Positions 1-10,174 are shown, counted from the first letter of the stretch. The stretch: DNA of 64,000 bases from Fibrobacteria bacterium (GCA_050294405.1 JBNKOC010000024.1:1-64000); one strand, 5' to 3'. Numbers and translations are program-made. Notes: generated by a model not told the origin, from the sequence alone.

Positions 1-618
1 AATGTCCAGGCGCACAATGGCATTCAAAGTGGAGTCCGCTTTGCAAGCGGTGCGAAGCCGCTTGGAAATTCCCTGGTTTACCAGATTGAGTTCAGCGTAA
101 TTTGCCGCTAATTTTTGCAGGTTTATTTGAACAGAATTTGATTTTTGAGTTTCCAGATATTGGCCGATTAAATGGGCCCCCACAGAGCGGAAAAGGGTTT
201 CCTCCTCATTGGCCAGGGGGTAATGGAAATGCGCCATGGGCTTTAAAAACTCAGTATGGGGACAACCGCTTGTGGCAATTAACAAGCCCATTAAGGCACT
301 GACGGCGCTTTGGGCATCGGTTTCCTGGGATATTTGCTTGGGCCCAATATTAATCCGCAGTTTAATGCGCTGGTAGGAAATTAAATTTTCAAAGCGCACT
401 ATGATGTTTACAATATTTTTAGCCAGCGGACAGAGTTTTTTTTCCTGAGAAGGCAATGGACAGTTTTCGCATTTGTGGTAATCCAATTGGGCCCAGGGAG
501 CTTCTACCACAGGTTCATTTTTTTCAATGGATTGAGTCTGTAAATTTAAAGAAAGCTCCACAGTTTCCTGGGAGCCGTCTTCGAACTCAAAATGGTATAC
601 AATATCCTGAACAGACAT
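1..618 (-). CDS. Conserved hypothetical Cys-containing protein (DUF6901-like), 3' end runs off the window
   Basis: Not in the ORF track. Read by hand from ATG at 618: MSVQDIVYHFEFEDG...WAQLDYHKCENCPL...LCPLA...ATSGCPHTEFLKPMAHFHYPLANEEETLFR..., open to position 1. It starts 12 nt after the upstream stop. Family name is from recall of the CxxCPL/SGCP/KPMAxFHxP motifs. Confidence 0.75.
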   Translation of the reverse strand, partial: MSVQDIVYHFEFEDGSQETVELSLNLQTQSIEKNEPVVEAPWAQLDYHKCENCPLPSQEKKLCPLAKNIVNIIVRFENLISYQRIKLRINIGPKQISQETDAQSAVSALMGLLIATSGCPHTEFLKPMAHFHYPLANEEETLFRSVGAHLIGQYLETQKSNSVQINLQKLAANYAELNLVNQGISKRLRTACKADSTLNAIVRLDI

Positions 619-630
619 GGCTGTCCGGGA

Positions 631-1074
631 TTATTCCGCTACTTCCAGATCCAAGTCGCCATATATGCCACGGTAATTGGTAATAGTAATTGTTGTGGCA
701 CCCAGGGTTCCAGTGTAAGGGTCCGGACATTCTGCATCGGTCGGGGCAGGCCCCATCATTATTTTGCAATTACCCTCCGCGGTAAAGGTTATTTCAGCGC
801 CAGCGATACTGAAACTTCCACCATCCAAAACGCTGGGCCCGATACCAGCAGTGTAGGTAGAATCCTCAAATAATTTAAACACAAATGTTACAGGGAAGCC
901 GGAAAGAGTTGTGCTGAAATTATATTCAACAGAAGACACTTCTTCTTCAACCTCTTCGGGTTCTTCAGGTGGTGGAGGGTTTAATACGGAATCCGGAATA
1001 TGATCTCTATCGCAATTCCAGATGAGCAATCCCAATATAAGGATCATAAAGATGTTCCATTTTTTTAATTTCAT
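631..1074 (-). CDS. Hypothetical lipoprotein
   Basis: Signal peptide ending LLIWN-C, Pro/Glu-rich linker, small beta-rich domain with 2 Cys; co-oriented in the operon. Confidence 0.7.
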   Translation of the reverse strand: MKLKKWNIFMILILGLLIWNCDRDHIPDSVLNPPPPEEPEEVEEEVSSVEYNFSTTLSGFPVTFVFKLFEDSTYTAGIGPSVLDGGSFSIAGAEITFTAEGNCKIMMGPAPTDAECPDPYTGTLGATTITITNYRGIYGDLDLEVAE

Positions 1075-1099
1075 ATTGCCTCCTGAAATTTTGCGATTA

Positions 1100-2707
1100 C
1101 TAATATTTAAATTTTTGCACTACTGTTTGTAACTGGTTTACCAGGTTATCAAGTCCCGATATTCTGGATTCTGCCATATCCATCTCTCCCCCATTGTTAA
1201 TTAAACTGGAGGCTATTTGGACAATATTGTCTTTTAATTCAATTATATGGTTCGATGCATCGTTCAAATTTCCCGATACCAGGGTGGATGCTTCACTCAC
1301 TTGATTTACGTTATTGTTCACTTCTTTCATGGTAACAGACTGTTCTTCCACTGCCGAAGCCACACTTAAAGATATCTGGTTCAACTCTTCAATTACCTGG
1401 GCTATGTCTTCCATTGCGGAAACAGCGGAATCGGTATTTTTTTGGATATCATTGATTTTAGCTTCAATTTCTTTGGTGGCTCCGCCTGTTTGCGAAGCCA
1501 ATTCTTTTACCTCGCCAGCCACAATAGCAAAGCCTTTTCCTGCCTCACCGGCTGAGGCGGCCTCAATGGTAGCATTCAGGGAAAGCAGGTTCGTTTTGTC
1601 CGCAATCTTTTTAATAACATCAATAACCACTCCGATTTCCTGGGCGGAATTTTTTAATTGTTGGATTTTAATTTGAGCCTCTTTGGCCTTATCATTTGCC
1701 TGGACAGCCAATTGTGATTCGGACATACAACTCTTGGCCACTTCATTTAAGGATAGGGTGATTTCATTAGTGGACTTGGTTATGCTTCCCACGGACTCGG
1801 AAAGCGAACTAAGTGTGCTATTGACATCATTAATTTGTTTGCTGGCGTCAGAGGCGGTGTTTTCCACAAATTTTGCGGATTGGCTCATTTGTTGGGTGGA
1901 GCCAGCCACTGAAGAAACCTTGGTGTTTAACTCGCCTGCGCTTTCCTTAAGAATATTAGCCTGATTGGCCAGGTCCGCAATAATTTTTTGCAGGTTTTGC
2001 ACGAACTTTTCAAACCATTTAGACAGTTCTCCAATTTCGTTATTGGAGTTGTAATTTAGCCTTTTGGTAAGATCCCCATCTCCTTCGGAAATATCTTTCA
2101 ATTGTTTAGATACTAAACTAATGGGGCTTAAAACTACTTTTTTGAAGCCTATGTATATGACCACTCCGACAAGAGTGTTAATAAATAAACAAAATACCCC
2201 CAGCATCATATAAGCTTTTGTCTTGCTTTGGGAGAGCTTCTTTGCATTGGCTATTTTCATTTCGTCCAGGGTTTTGGTATCAATGCCCAAAATTATTTTT
2301 CCCATTTCTTTTTCTATACCAAGGCGTTCTTTATCGGTTACTACCACCCTTTCCACAATAATTTCGTTTTCCGCATTTTTATGCTGGTCTACCAAAGCGG
2401 AGTTGCTTCTATCCACAATTTTTAACGAGGCTATATCATTATCCTTTAACACACCTTTGGCCAGGTTGCCAAGTGTATAAAGATCTTTGCTCATAAGGGC
2501 TTCCGCCGAAATTTTTGCCAAAAAATCTGCCAGAAGCGTTCCCTTGTCCATTACATTTTTTTCAAAAGTTTTAACAGATTTTTCATGGTCCGCATTTAAA
2601 TTTGACTGGTAAATTTGAATGAGGGCCACCGAAGCCCCAATAGTTATTACAGTGAGAATTCCCACTGTAAGAGTTATAAACTGACCAGCTAATTTAAATT
2701 TGAACAT
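1100..2707 (-). CDS. Methyl-accepting chemotaxis protein
   Basis: Two TM helices around a short periplasmic domain, HAMP (GDGDLTKRL...NEIGEL), signalling hairpin [37 protein letters not shown]. Confidence 0.95.
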   Translation of the reverse strand: MFKFKLAGQFITLTVGILTVITIGASVALIQIYQSNLNADHEKSVKTFEKNVMDKGTLLADFLAKISAEALMSKDLYTLGNLAKGVLKDNDIASLKIVDRSNSALVDQHKNAENEIIVERVVVTDKERLGIEKEMGKIILGIDTKTLDEMKIANAKKLSQSKTKAYMMLGVFCLFINTLVGVVIYIGFKKVVLSPISLVSKQLKDISEGDGDLTKRLNYNSNNEIGELSKWFEKFVQNLQKIIADLANQANILKESAGELNTKVSSVAGSTQQMSQSAKFVENTASDASKQINDVNSTLSSLSESVGSITKSTNEITLSLNEVAKSCMSESQLAVQANDKAKEAQIKIQQLKNSAQEIGVVIDVIKKIADKTNLLSLNATIEAASAGEAGKGFAIVAGEVKELASQTGGATKEIEAKINDIQKNTDSAVSAMEDIAQVIEELNQISLSVASAVEEQSVTMKEVNNNVNQVSEASTLVSGNLNDASNHIIELKDNIVQIASSLINNGGEMDMAESRISGLDNLVNQLQTVVQKFKY

Positions 2708-2712
2708 ATTTT

Positions 2713-3129
2713 TTAATTAACCTGTATTTCTTTTACGCTATCGTCCACTTCCCCTTTGGGAATGTAGCCGATGGCCCCGGGAATCTCACTTACCATAAGC
2801 TTTACGGCTGCAGCTGTTTTTTGCTCCATTGGGGCTGATCCTGCGCCCTTAATTTGCTGTTCCACCCAAAAGCTTTTGTATTCCGCATAAGATTTTTTCA
2901 CAACGCCATCTATGAAAGCATTAGCCGTGGCATCGGATTCCGGAAGGTTTATGGCCACGACTTTATTGCCGGACCATTCGGTCATTTTGCCTGTGTAAAT
3001 TCGTTTCAATTCCGCTTTGGATATGGAGCTGGCGCCATTCGATTTATTGACGATAACGGCCCAATCCTCAGCATATGCCCCCATCATGAATATTAACATA
3101 AGGGAGAAAAATTTTAATGAGTTATTCAT
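2713..3129 (-). CDS. Small periplasmic substrate-binding-like protein (single PBP lobe, 'phosphate ABC substrate-binding' type annotation)
   Basis: Start moved to MNNSLK (GGGGAAGG RBS). Signal peptide; AVIVNKSN...[17 protein letters not shown]...[11 protein letters not shown] motifs. Confidence 0.8.
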   Translation of the reverse strand: MNNSLKFFSLMLIFMMGAYAEDWAVIVNKSNGASSISKAELKRIYTGKMTEWSGNKVVAINLPESDATANAFIDGVVKKSYAEYKSFWVEQQIKGAGSAPMEQKTAAAVKLMVSEIPGAIGYIPKGEVDDSVKEIQVN

Positions 3130-3142
3130 ACCTTCCCCCTGA

Positions 3143-4339
3143 TTAAAACGCCATGGTAAATTGTGCCTGAATCGCATTCATATCCAAATCACCTAATTCA
3201 TAATTGTTGCCAATGAGATTACCTGTCGTAGGATCTGGTGATGTGCCAATAGGCCTTGGGCGGGACAATCCATACTCAATTTTAAACTTGTAATTACTAT
3301 ACAAGCCTAGGTTCAATCCTATGGTATAGGTATCCCATCCTTCCATTGGGATTGTGGCCACAGTCAAATGGGAATTGGCTCTTGCATTTTCCCAATTCAT
3401 GGATTCATAAAACAAATACGGGGTAACCATCCAGGCCTGATTTAATCTTAAGTCATAACTCAAAAGGCCGTAATACGCCAGATAATCGGTTTCCGCATCA
3501 TTATTTAACTTGTTAAATACATTTTTCACATTAATTTCGGACTGCACTACGACACCGAAAAATTTTGATTTAAACTGGGCTCCATATATATGGGAACGGG
3601 TTAAAATGGAATCCTTTTGCCTCCACCACAAATCATCAATTCCAAATCCTCCATCGTTTTCTATATACATTTCCTGGACATCCACTCTCTCTGTCCCCGT
3701 CATATAACTCACGCCATAATCAACGCCATCGAGGACATCCATTTTTAACTCCAAATGTCCGCCAACGCCCATTTCAGAAAATTCCTTGATTCTATTGTCT
3801 GGCTTAGTGCCGGATGAAACATATAAATTGTAGATTAGATCATGATCACCCAGAAAATACCTGCCATTTAACATTCCGCCCATTTGGCTTTCAGGAAAAA
3901 TGGCGAACATAGAAGTTTGAACTGGTTGTCCCACCGTGGTAATAATAGGCGAACCGTGATCCACGTTCCAAACACCTGCAGGAGTAATAAATTTACCCAC
4001 TCGAAAGGCTAATTTATCACTTTGCTTATATTCAAACCAAGCCCTTTCTACATTAATTACATCTCTGTCTACAACTTCTATTGTGGCAACAGAAGTTGAT
4101 TTTAGCCTTGTTTCAATTAATGCCCGGGTATTATTGGTAGGCATAAAATCATAATATACATTGAGGGCGCCCAGGGCCAGAGCAATATCCTCTCTGATAT
4201 AAGCACGAAGAATTGAATTATTTTTCATGCTTAAGCCGCCCATATTAAATTCGGCAAAACCGTAAATCTTAAACTTATCCTGGGCGGATATACTGGTCAT
4301 TAAACCAAGGCCTATTAACGTGAGAATTTTCCACTTCAT
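3143..4339 (-). CDS. Outer-membrane porin-like beta-barrel
   Basis: Signal peptide, KIYGF start, VERAWFEY and FRVGKFITPAGVWN strands, terminal Phe. Confidence 0.8.
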   Translation of the reverse strand: MKWKILTLIGLGLMTSISAQDKFKIYGFAEFNMGGLSMKNNSILRAYIREDIALALGALNVYYDFMPTNNTRALIETRLKSTSVATIEVVDRDVINVERAWFEYKQSDKLAFRVGKFITPAGVWNVDHGSPIITTVGQPVQTSMFAIFPESQMGGMLNGRYFLGDHDLIYNLYVSSGTKPDNRIKEFSEMGVGGHLELKMDVLDGVDYGVSYMTGTERVDVQEMYIENDGGFGIDDLWWRQKDSILTRSHIYGAQFKSKFFGVVVQSEINVKNVFNKLNNDAETDYLAYYGLLSYDLRLNQAWMVTPYLFYESMNWENARANSHLTVATIPMEGWDTYTIGLNLGLYSNYKFKIEYGLSRPRPIGTSPDPTTGNLIGNNYELGDLDMNAIQAQFTMAF

Positions 4340-4484
4340 TTAAACCTGCCTGTTATAATTATTCACGATCTCCATTGTCCCAAAGTTTTTAAAATTTTTC
4401 AATTAAATTAATAGTGACAAATGACAATTTTAAGTAAATAGCTCCATTTCTTTACAGTTTTTTGGCAATTAATAGCTTTTAGCT

Positions 4485-5210
4485 ATGGAACTTAGTTCGA
4501 TCTATCTGGTGATAATATCCGCTCTTTTGGTGGGCTTTTCTAAAACCTCCATTGGTGGTTTGGGCATAATAGTAGTACCCCTTATGGCTAGCGCCTTCCC
4601 TGCAAAGCAATCTACAGGAGTATTGTTGCCCATGCTCATTTTGGCCGACATATTTGCGGTTGTTTTTTACAGAAGGAATTGCGACTGGAAGGTTTTTAGA
4701 AGGATTTTCCCCATAACTGCCCTGGGGGTTGTTATGGGGTATTTGGCCATGGGGGTGATACCCAATAACCCTTTTCAAATAGCCATGGGTCTTTTGGTCA
4801 TGGCCATGGTATTTTTTGAAATTTTTATAAGCCCAAAGTTAAAGAGGTTTAAGCATAGCCTCATCGTGGCTTGGATATTTGGAATTTTGGCGGGATTTAC
4901 CACTATGATTGCCAATGCGGCAGGCCCCCTCTTTGCCATTTATTTGCTCCAATTAGGCCTTCCCAAAAACAGTTTTGTGGGAACTCGCGCCTGGTTCTTT
5001 TTGCTTTTAAATTGCTATAAAATACCCTTTTCCTGGTCCCTCGGCTTAATCAGCTTCTCTAGTCTTGGGCTAAACCTATCCATGTTGCCTTTTATTTTGT
5101 TAGGGGCTTTTTTGGGATTCCGATTCTTGCAAAAAATCAATATGGATGTTTTTAAGTGGATAATTCGCTTTGCGGCTCTGGCTTCCAGTTTAAAATTGAT
5201 ATTTTTCTAG
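4485..5210 (+). CDS. Sulfite exporter TauE/SafE family membrane protein
   Basis: Hydrophobic; GFSKTSIGGLG and GFTTMIANAAGP internal-repeat motifs. Confidence 0.88.
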   Translation: MELSSIYLVIISALLVGFSKTSIGGLGIIVVPLMASAFPAKQSTGVLLPMLILADIFAVVFYRRNCDWKVFRRIFPITALGVVMGYLAMGVIPNNPFQIAMGLLVMAMVFFEIFISPKLKRFKHSLIVAWIFGILAGFTTMIANAAGPLFAIYLLQLGLPKNSFVGTRAWFFLLLNCYKIPFSWSLGLISFSSLGLNLSMLPFILLGAFLGFRFLQKINMDVFKWIIRFAALASSLKLIFF

Positions 5211-5213
5211 GGG

Positions 5214-5384
5214 ATGGATAAAAAACAAGAAAATTGTATCCAATGCGGAAAAACTTTCAGCTGCGATGTTCAGAATGGAAAATCAAGCTGCTGGTGTTTT
5301 GAATTCCCAACCGTTAAAATAGATTCTGAAAAAAAAGGATGTTATTGTCCAGAATGTTTGAGGCTTTTAAGCGACGCACTTTAA
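5214..5384 (+). CDS. Cysteine-rich CWC family small protein (56 aa)
   Basis: Below the ORF-track cutoff. Translated by hand: MDKKQENCIQCGKTFSCDVQNGKSSCWCFEFPTVKIDSEKKGCYCPECLRLLSDAL; CxxC..C..CWC..CxCxxC; starts 3 nt after the TauE stop. Confidence 0.85.
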   Translation: MDKKQENCIQCGKTFSCDVQNGKSSCWCFEFPTVKIDSEKKGCYCPECLRLLSDAL

Positions 5385-5416
5385 GCGCTAAATAAGTAGA
5401 ACTTTTCCGGCAAGCC

Positions 5417-5923
5417 CTATTTACTTTTCCCAATGGGAAAAGTCTCGTAAGCAATTACCCCCGCCATTATAAAATAAATGGGGTACATCAGTATTCCTGA
5501 CAACATGACCAGGTAAACAAAAGAAGGGTGCCAAAATCGCATAGCCCATATGCCTCCAAATGTTAGTAGAGAACTTACAAGAGGTTCCAACATAAGAAAT
5601 AATTTTAAGGTGCCCCTGATGCTTTTATTAAAGTAAAACAAAAAACCCGTGAGAAAATAAATCAAGGCAAACTGAATAATGTGCCCATGCGTGGTAATTA
5701 AAAGCTCAGCCAAGGGTTTGGGATACTTCTCCGGAATCGCAAATTCGTCGGACTCCACAATTTGGCTCCCATTGTATCGTTCTTTAATGGTTGTAGAAGA
5801 GGTTCCGCTAGTTGTAGCAAGGTAAACCAGCCCAATGGAAATCCCCACAGCTAAAACCAGATTAAACAAAAACACCAGTTTTTTTAAATCAGAGGGTAAT
5901 TGCGATAACTTGATTTCAAACAT
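5417..5923 (-). CDS. Integral membrane protein with THxH motif
   Basis: About 4 TM helices, LLITTHGHII motif; start placed at MFEIKL; last gene of the porin/FMN-binding operon. Confidence 0.75.
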   Translation of the reverse strand: MFEIKLSQLPSDLKKLVFLFNLVLAVGISIGLVYLATTSGTSSTTIKERYNGSQIVESDEFAIPEKYPKPLAELLITTHGHIIQFALIYFLTGFLFYFNKSIRGTLKLFLMLEPLVSSLLTFGGIWAMRFWHPSFVYLVMLSGILMYPIYFIMAGVIAYETFPIGKSK

Positions 5924-5940
5924 AAATGGAAATGCTTTAA

Positions 5941-6468
5941 TTAAGGCATGCTGGCGACAAGCTCGCAAAGCTTATAAATACCCTTGCTGACCTGTCTAAC
6001 AGAAATGGTGGCTCCACTGATACCATCAATAGTATCCCCCACTTTAAATTTTGAATCTTTGTTCATACCCACAAATTGTTTATTCCAATTAAGATTTTCA
6101 ACTGCCCCGCCAATGGGCTCTCTGTAACGAATAATTTGGCTGTGAACGATTTTGTTTTCCGGGTCAAAAATCACCATAAAGGTTATGGGAAGAGCTTTTC
6201 CTAACACATTATCTAATAAAGCTTTATAAGCTTTCCCTTCTTTTTCAATACTCCACAAATAAACTTCAGGCCTAAAAAATTTTTGTCCGGCTTTTTGTTC
6301 GATTTTTTTTTTAATGGGCGGGGGAATTTGGTATTTACTAAAGCTGATATCCCCGGTTTTAACAGCCAATACCTCTTCAATGGCTTTTTGGGCATCCTCC
6401 TGAATTGAGGATGGCCATGTCAAAGACACGGCCAAAAGTAAGGAAAAAACAATAACTCTAAGAGACAT
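5941..6468 (-). CDS. Extracytoplasmic FMN-binding (flavinylated) protein
   Basis: Signal peptide; GKALPITFMV, YREPIGG and IDGISGATIS (the (S/T)GA(S/T) flavinylation motif). Confidence 0.88.
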   Translation of the reverse strand: MSLRVIVFSLLLAVSLTWPSSIQEDAQKAIEEVLAVKTGDISFSKYQIPPPIKKKIEQKAGQKFFRPEVYLWSIEKEGKAYKALLDNVLGKALPITFMVIFDPENKIVHSQIIRYREPIGGAVENLNWNKQFVGMNKDSKFKVGDTIDGISGATISVRQVSKGIYKLCELVASMP

Positions 6469-6470
6469 AA

Positions 6471-7565
6471 TCAGAACATATATCCAGCACCCAGGTTAAT
6501 CTGGAGGGTTTGGGTATCGTCCATGCCTTTGGTTTGGATACCAATGTCGCCTTTAAAACTAACTTCGGGAATAGGTAAAAAGGAGAGGCCAACTTTCCAT
6601 TCCATTACCTGGTTTGCTTCTTCGGCATCTCCCCCGCCTTGTACGGACATGGCTGTGTTATATTGGGAAAAATGCAGGAAGGGAAACAGTTGAGCCTTAT
6701 ATCCTGCCAAAGACAAAACATTGTAGCCCGCTTGCAAATAATAGCCAAAAGAGCTTTCTAGAAAGCCGTCTGCACTACTCAAGGCATCGTATTGAATCAT
6801 TCCCAACTCAGCCAAGGCCATAACATTGTTTGCGGAATACTTTGCATGGATCTCCATAAGGTTTGCAGCATCATAGGCTTGTTCACCGGAAGCGTTTTCC
6901 ATTAAATGGTTTCTGCTGAACGAGGCTCCTGCCCTTAATCCGGGAGCACCGATATAATCAATTCTGGCATTTACCAAAATTGTTTCCAGACTGGACCGTT
7001 GTCCTTTCTGCCTGCCGGAACGCATGGCGCTTCCCTGGCTGAATTTTCCAGAGTTAAGCCCTTCCATTAATACAAGTTTATAATCCACAACACCCGCCAA
7101 AAGGCCATTCGCGCTAATACCATTTCCAAACCAGGTAGTAGGAATAATACGGCTGTTGTAATCCGGGCGTTCTACTGATAAAAACAAAGGAGGTTCATGG
7201 TTTTCATTTAAAAGTCCAACTGAGGGTAGTAGAACTCCGGCCCCAAAATTAAAATTATTGGAATGGTGATAATTAATATAAGCCTGTTCCAACTCCAATT
7301 CTCCCCCGTAATCCTTTCCAACCATATTGTGCTCCAATTCCACTTCGGACTTGAAAGACCAATTGGGAGACCAGGCATGGCCGTAAAAAAGCACAAAGCG
7401 GTGAAAATCCAGACTACCAGGAGACAAGTCTTCGTCCTCTACCTTACTTTGGTTAAAATGAAGCTCTCCATACCCACCCAAGGTAGATTTAGCTTCAAAA
7501 AATTCATCTTCTGCAGCGTTCAAGCTGCTCAATAATCCAAGGGCGATAATCCAAAACCGTAACAT
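6471..7565 (-). CDS. Outer-membrane porin-like protein
   Basis: Start at MLRFW (GGAGG RBS at 7570-7574); LGGYGELH, DFHRFVLFYGH, SEVELEH, ELEQAY, HEPP motifs; ends GAGYMF. Confidence 0.85.
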   Translation of the reverse strand: MLRFWIIALGLLSSLNAAEDEFFEAKSTLGGYGELHFNQSKVEDEDLSPGSLDFHRFVLFYGHAWSPNWSFKSEVELEHNMVGKDYGGELELEQAYINYHHSNNFNFGAGVLLPSVGLLNENHEPPLFLSVERPDYNSRIIPTTWFGNGISANGLLAGVVDYKLVLMEGLNSGKFSQGSAMRSGRQKGQRSSLETILVNARIDYIGAPGLRAGASFSRNHLMENASGEQAYDAANLMEIHAKYSANNVMALAELGMIQYDALSSADGFLESSFGYYLQAGYNVLSLAGYKAQLFPFLHFSQYNTAMSVQGGGDAEEANQVMEWKVGLSFLPIPEVSFKGDIGIQTKGMDDTQTLQINLGAGYMF

Positions 7566-7577
7566 TTTTCCTCCGTC

Positions 7578-7602
7578 TAAATTGAGATTTAGTTTAAATT
7601 TA
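7578..7602. promoter_or_regulatory. Imperfect palindrome resembling a Fur-family operator
   Basis: TAAATTGAGA-TTTAG-TTTAAATTTA, with 8/10 arm complementarity, directly upstream of the porin RBS. Confidence 0.4.
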
Positions 7603-7660
7603 CTCATCTGGGAACAAAGTTCAAGAGCTTTGAAGAAAAAGGTTTTGCCAAATTGGCAAG

Positions 7661-8494
7661 CTAGATAGAGGCTCCTGCTATGGCGGAGCTATAGTTTAGC
7701 ATGGAATGATCTGCTAATTCCCTTATGGATATGGACTTTAGCTTAAAATGCTTAAAGGGGTATTCTAAACGAGCGCTTAACTTGTCCTCTTTAACCTGAT
7801 CCCGGGAAGGATTGCTAACAACATCGCCCTTGCTATCAATATAGAGTAACTTGCCGCCGTGGCTATAAAATGTGTTTTTAGGAGGAAGTTGGGGGCAAAT
7901 ATCGCAGCAATGCACATAGCGTTTATGGGATTCCCTATCAATTAAACTTTGAAACTGCCTGTCCCCCACTCGGGGAGAACCGAAGCTGAACACACTGCCC
8001 ATCCCAATATAGGCACAAGCTAACTGGGCTAAAGCCCCTCCCAGGCTGTGACCGGTAAAAACAAGCTTAGATTTATCCATAACTTCATCCAGCTGAAGCT
8101 GGTCCATTACATTTTCAAACGCCGTTTTAAACCCAAGGTGTACATAGCTATCTCCTTTCCATTTAACAGGCCAGGCATTTATATCTGTAATAATATCGCC
8201 AGCCTCATCACTTTGAGTCCCCCGAAAGGCATAAATCATATGGCCTTTCCATATTCCACACATCCCTTGCGTGTTGTGCTTGGCGAAAAATCGCAGGTCC
8301 GTAATCTGGGCTCTGGAGGCGTATTTACGAGCCAATTCCAATATTGCCGGGCTTTCGGCTTTTAAATATGACAACCTCGAAAATTCAGCACATACATAAT
8401 CCAAATTGGAAATTTTCAATTCAAAATAATTTTCATCACTCCCCGGTTGATACAGGGACTTTCTTCGAGTGTCGTATGGATAAAAATAAGGCAT
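7661..8494 (-). CDS. Lipase class 3 family alpha/beta hydrolase
   Basis: AFRGT, VHLGF, FTGHSLGGALA nucleophile elbow, FGSPRVG, DICPQLP, DHSM; start uncertain. Confidence 0.9.
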   Translation of the reverse strand: MPYFYPYDTRRKSLYQPGSDENYFELKISNLDYVCAEFSRLSYLKAESPAILELARKYASRAQITDLRFFAKHNTQGMCGIWKGHMIYAFRGTQSDEAGDIITDINAWPVKWKGDSYVHLGFKTAFENVMDQLQLDEVMDKSKLVFTGHSLGGALAQLACAYIGMGSVFSFGSPRVGDRQFQSLIDRESHKRYVHCCDICPQLPPKNTFYSHGGKLLYIDSKGDVVSNPSRDQVKEDKLSARLEYPFKHFKLKSISIRELADHSMLNYSSAIAGASI

Positions 8495-8617
8495 TATATG
8501 AAAATGTAAACATTTGTTTACCAATAACAAAATTTTTAGGAATCTGCTTGCAATAAAAACTTTCTTGAATAGTATAATGGTTAGAGTTGCCCGATCTTAT
8601 TGTCCGGCAGGGATATT

Positions 8618-8785
8618 ATGGATAACAATCTGCAAAAACTAAACGATGTAAAGTCCTGTTTTTGGGATCTTTATAATCTATACATTCAAAAAGAATTAAA
8701 TGCGGATGAAAAAGAGCAACTTTCAAATTTAGGCAAAAAAGTTTTGGACGCCCATTTCGATGTTAATGTCCAGGACGCCCCCTAG
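8618..8785 (+). CDS. Small hypothetical protein (55 aa)
   Basis: ATG after a GGGA RBS, with TTGCAA-19-TATAAT upstream (8548-8578); helical, charged. Confidence 0.45.
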   Translation: MDNNLQKLNDVKSCFWDLYNLYIQKELNADEKEQLSNLGKKVLDAHFDVNVQDAP

Positions 8786-8837
8786 AATTTTTGCTGCGTC
8801 TAGACCGAGTTTGGCCAAATATATATTGGAATCAGTT

Positions 8838-9629
8838 TTATTTATTCAAATCCAATTCATGTTCCGCGTGGTAGTTGCCGTTTGTTCCATCCACGATGAT
8901 TGTGGCAATACCATTTTCGAATGTAATTTGAATGGTTTTAAATCTTGATTCCGCCTGTATTGAGCCGCTAACAGGCCTCCCCCAGCCAGTTTCAGTTTTG
9001 GAAAAGACTACTGATTCTACCGTACAATTTGAGGTTAAGTCTATCATTTGAGTTTTAGCTGCATTCTCAGCCTTTATGTTTTGAACCATTTCACCGTTTA
9101 GCACAAAAGAGCTATCTCCATTTGTGGTTTTAAGCTCGGCCTTTAAATTCCAGTTGCGGCTAACATCCCAGTACGCTCCACGGGCTCCTTCCAAATAAAG
9201 GTGGGCATAACGTTTAGCCTCGGCAAATCTTGCAGATTCTATACGGGGGAATTGGACTATTTCTTCAGAAGAATTTTTAAACTGGACCTCGTCCTTTCCT
9301 TCCAGTAAACCCTCCCCCAAATTGCGAACTACAGATATTTCCCCGCTGCGAGCCCACCAATCATTGGAATAGGACCAGGGCTGAAAAGAAATGCGAACAT
9401 CTGGACTTTGGGAGGAAGGTGAAGTTGAATATTTTCCCAGGGCGGGGCTATAACTTTGAAAATCTAATACAGAAGACATTTCGGCTAGTTCGGCCGCCAT
9501 CTCCTGTCCTGATTCGTTTTCCAGGCTTTCAGCTAAGGCATAATTTTCTTCGCTGTCATTGTTTTGGATACAAGCATTAAAAAGTAAAAGGCTTGCTGCA
9601 AAAATGCATTTCAAAAATACTGACTTCAT
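8838..9629 (-). CDS. Hypothetical lipoprotein
   Basis: Lipobox LFNA-C; GGAGG RBS; beta-rich C-terminal part. Confidence 0.75.
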   Translation of the reverse strand: MKSVFLKCIFAASLLLFNACIQNNDSEENYALAESLENESGQEMAAELAEMSSVLDFQSYSPALGKYSTSPSSQSPDVRISFQPWSYSNDWWARSGEISVVRNLGEGLLEGKDEVQFKNSSEEIVQFPRIESARFAEAKRYAHLYLEGARGAYWDVSRNWNLKAELKTTNGDSSFVLNGEMVQNIKAENAAKTQMIDLTSNCTVESVVFSKTETGWGRPVSGSIQAESRFKTIQITFENGIATIIVDGTNGNYHAEHELDLNK

Positions 9630-9859
9630 TCCGTCCTCCTTTTAGATAAATACAATTTACCTCAAACAGGGAAGTTTAGAAAGTAATTTTTTAAATAAGA
9701 TTACACTATATTCCGATTAATTAATTAAAATAATAATTTTAAGTCTTTTAAAGAATAATAAAACCTAAAAATGATTACGATTTAACAGATATCAACTTAT
9801 AAATCAAGGCAAAGCTTCTTTAACGCGGGGCAAGAGATAAAGTTTATTAAGAGCTTTTA

Positions 9860-10174
9860 TCAATAAAAGTCTTTTAAATTAGAAGCGATTTCTCTTATTG
9901 GCATATTGTTGAATTGGGCCCTAATAGATGTTATTTGATTGCTAATAGTCTTTGTACGTTTATTTAAGCTTTTGGCAAGATCGTTATGGGTGTAGTATTG
10001 CGTTTTATTTTTCCAGAGAAACCTTAATATTTCCTGTTCCTTAGGACCAAGTTGCAAATAAACGGCATACTGGTCTAAAAAAGGTTTTAACTCTTTTCGC
10101 AACCCTTTAACTTTTACACTACTCATATTTGCATGTTGCTTAACAATATTTATTACACTGTTTAGAGCACTCAT
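9860..10174 (-). CDS. Stand-alone LuxR-like helix-turn-helix protein
   Basis: LGPKEQEILRFL...THNDLAKSLNKRTKTISNQITSIRAQFN fits the LuxR C-terminal HTH pattern; no receiver domain. Confidence 0.6.
   Translation of the reverse strand: MSALNSVINIVKQHANMSSVKVKGLRKELKPFLDQYAVYLQLGPKEQEILRFLWKNKTQYYTHNDLAKSLNKRTKTISNQITSIRAQFNNMPIREIASNLKDFY

Noticed and set aside
102..873. Short ORFs at 102, 456, 587 and 592 in the track
   Set aside because: They overlap the better-supported minus-strand DUF6901-like and lipoprotein genes.
4414..4428. TTGTCA direct repeat (minus strand) as a Pho box upstream of the porin/PBP operon
   Set aside because: The repeat period is 7 nt, not the 11 nt of Pho boxes, so it gives no support for phosphate regulation.
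7645..7659. Palindrome TTGCCAAATTGGCAA after the lipase stop
   Set aside because: Short. It may be a weak terminator, but TTGCCA/TGGCAA is common in this sequence, so I could not assign a role.
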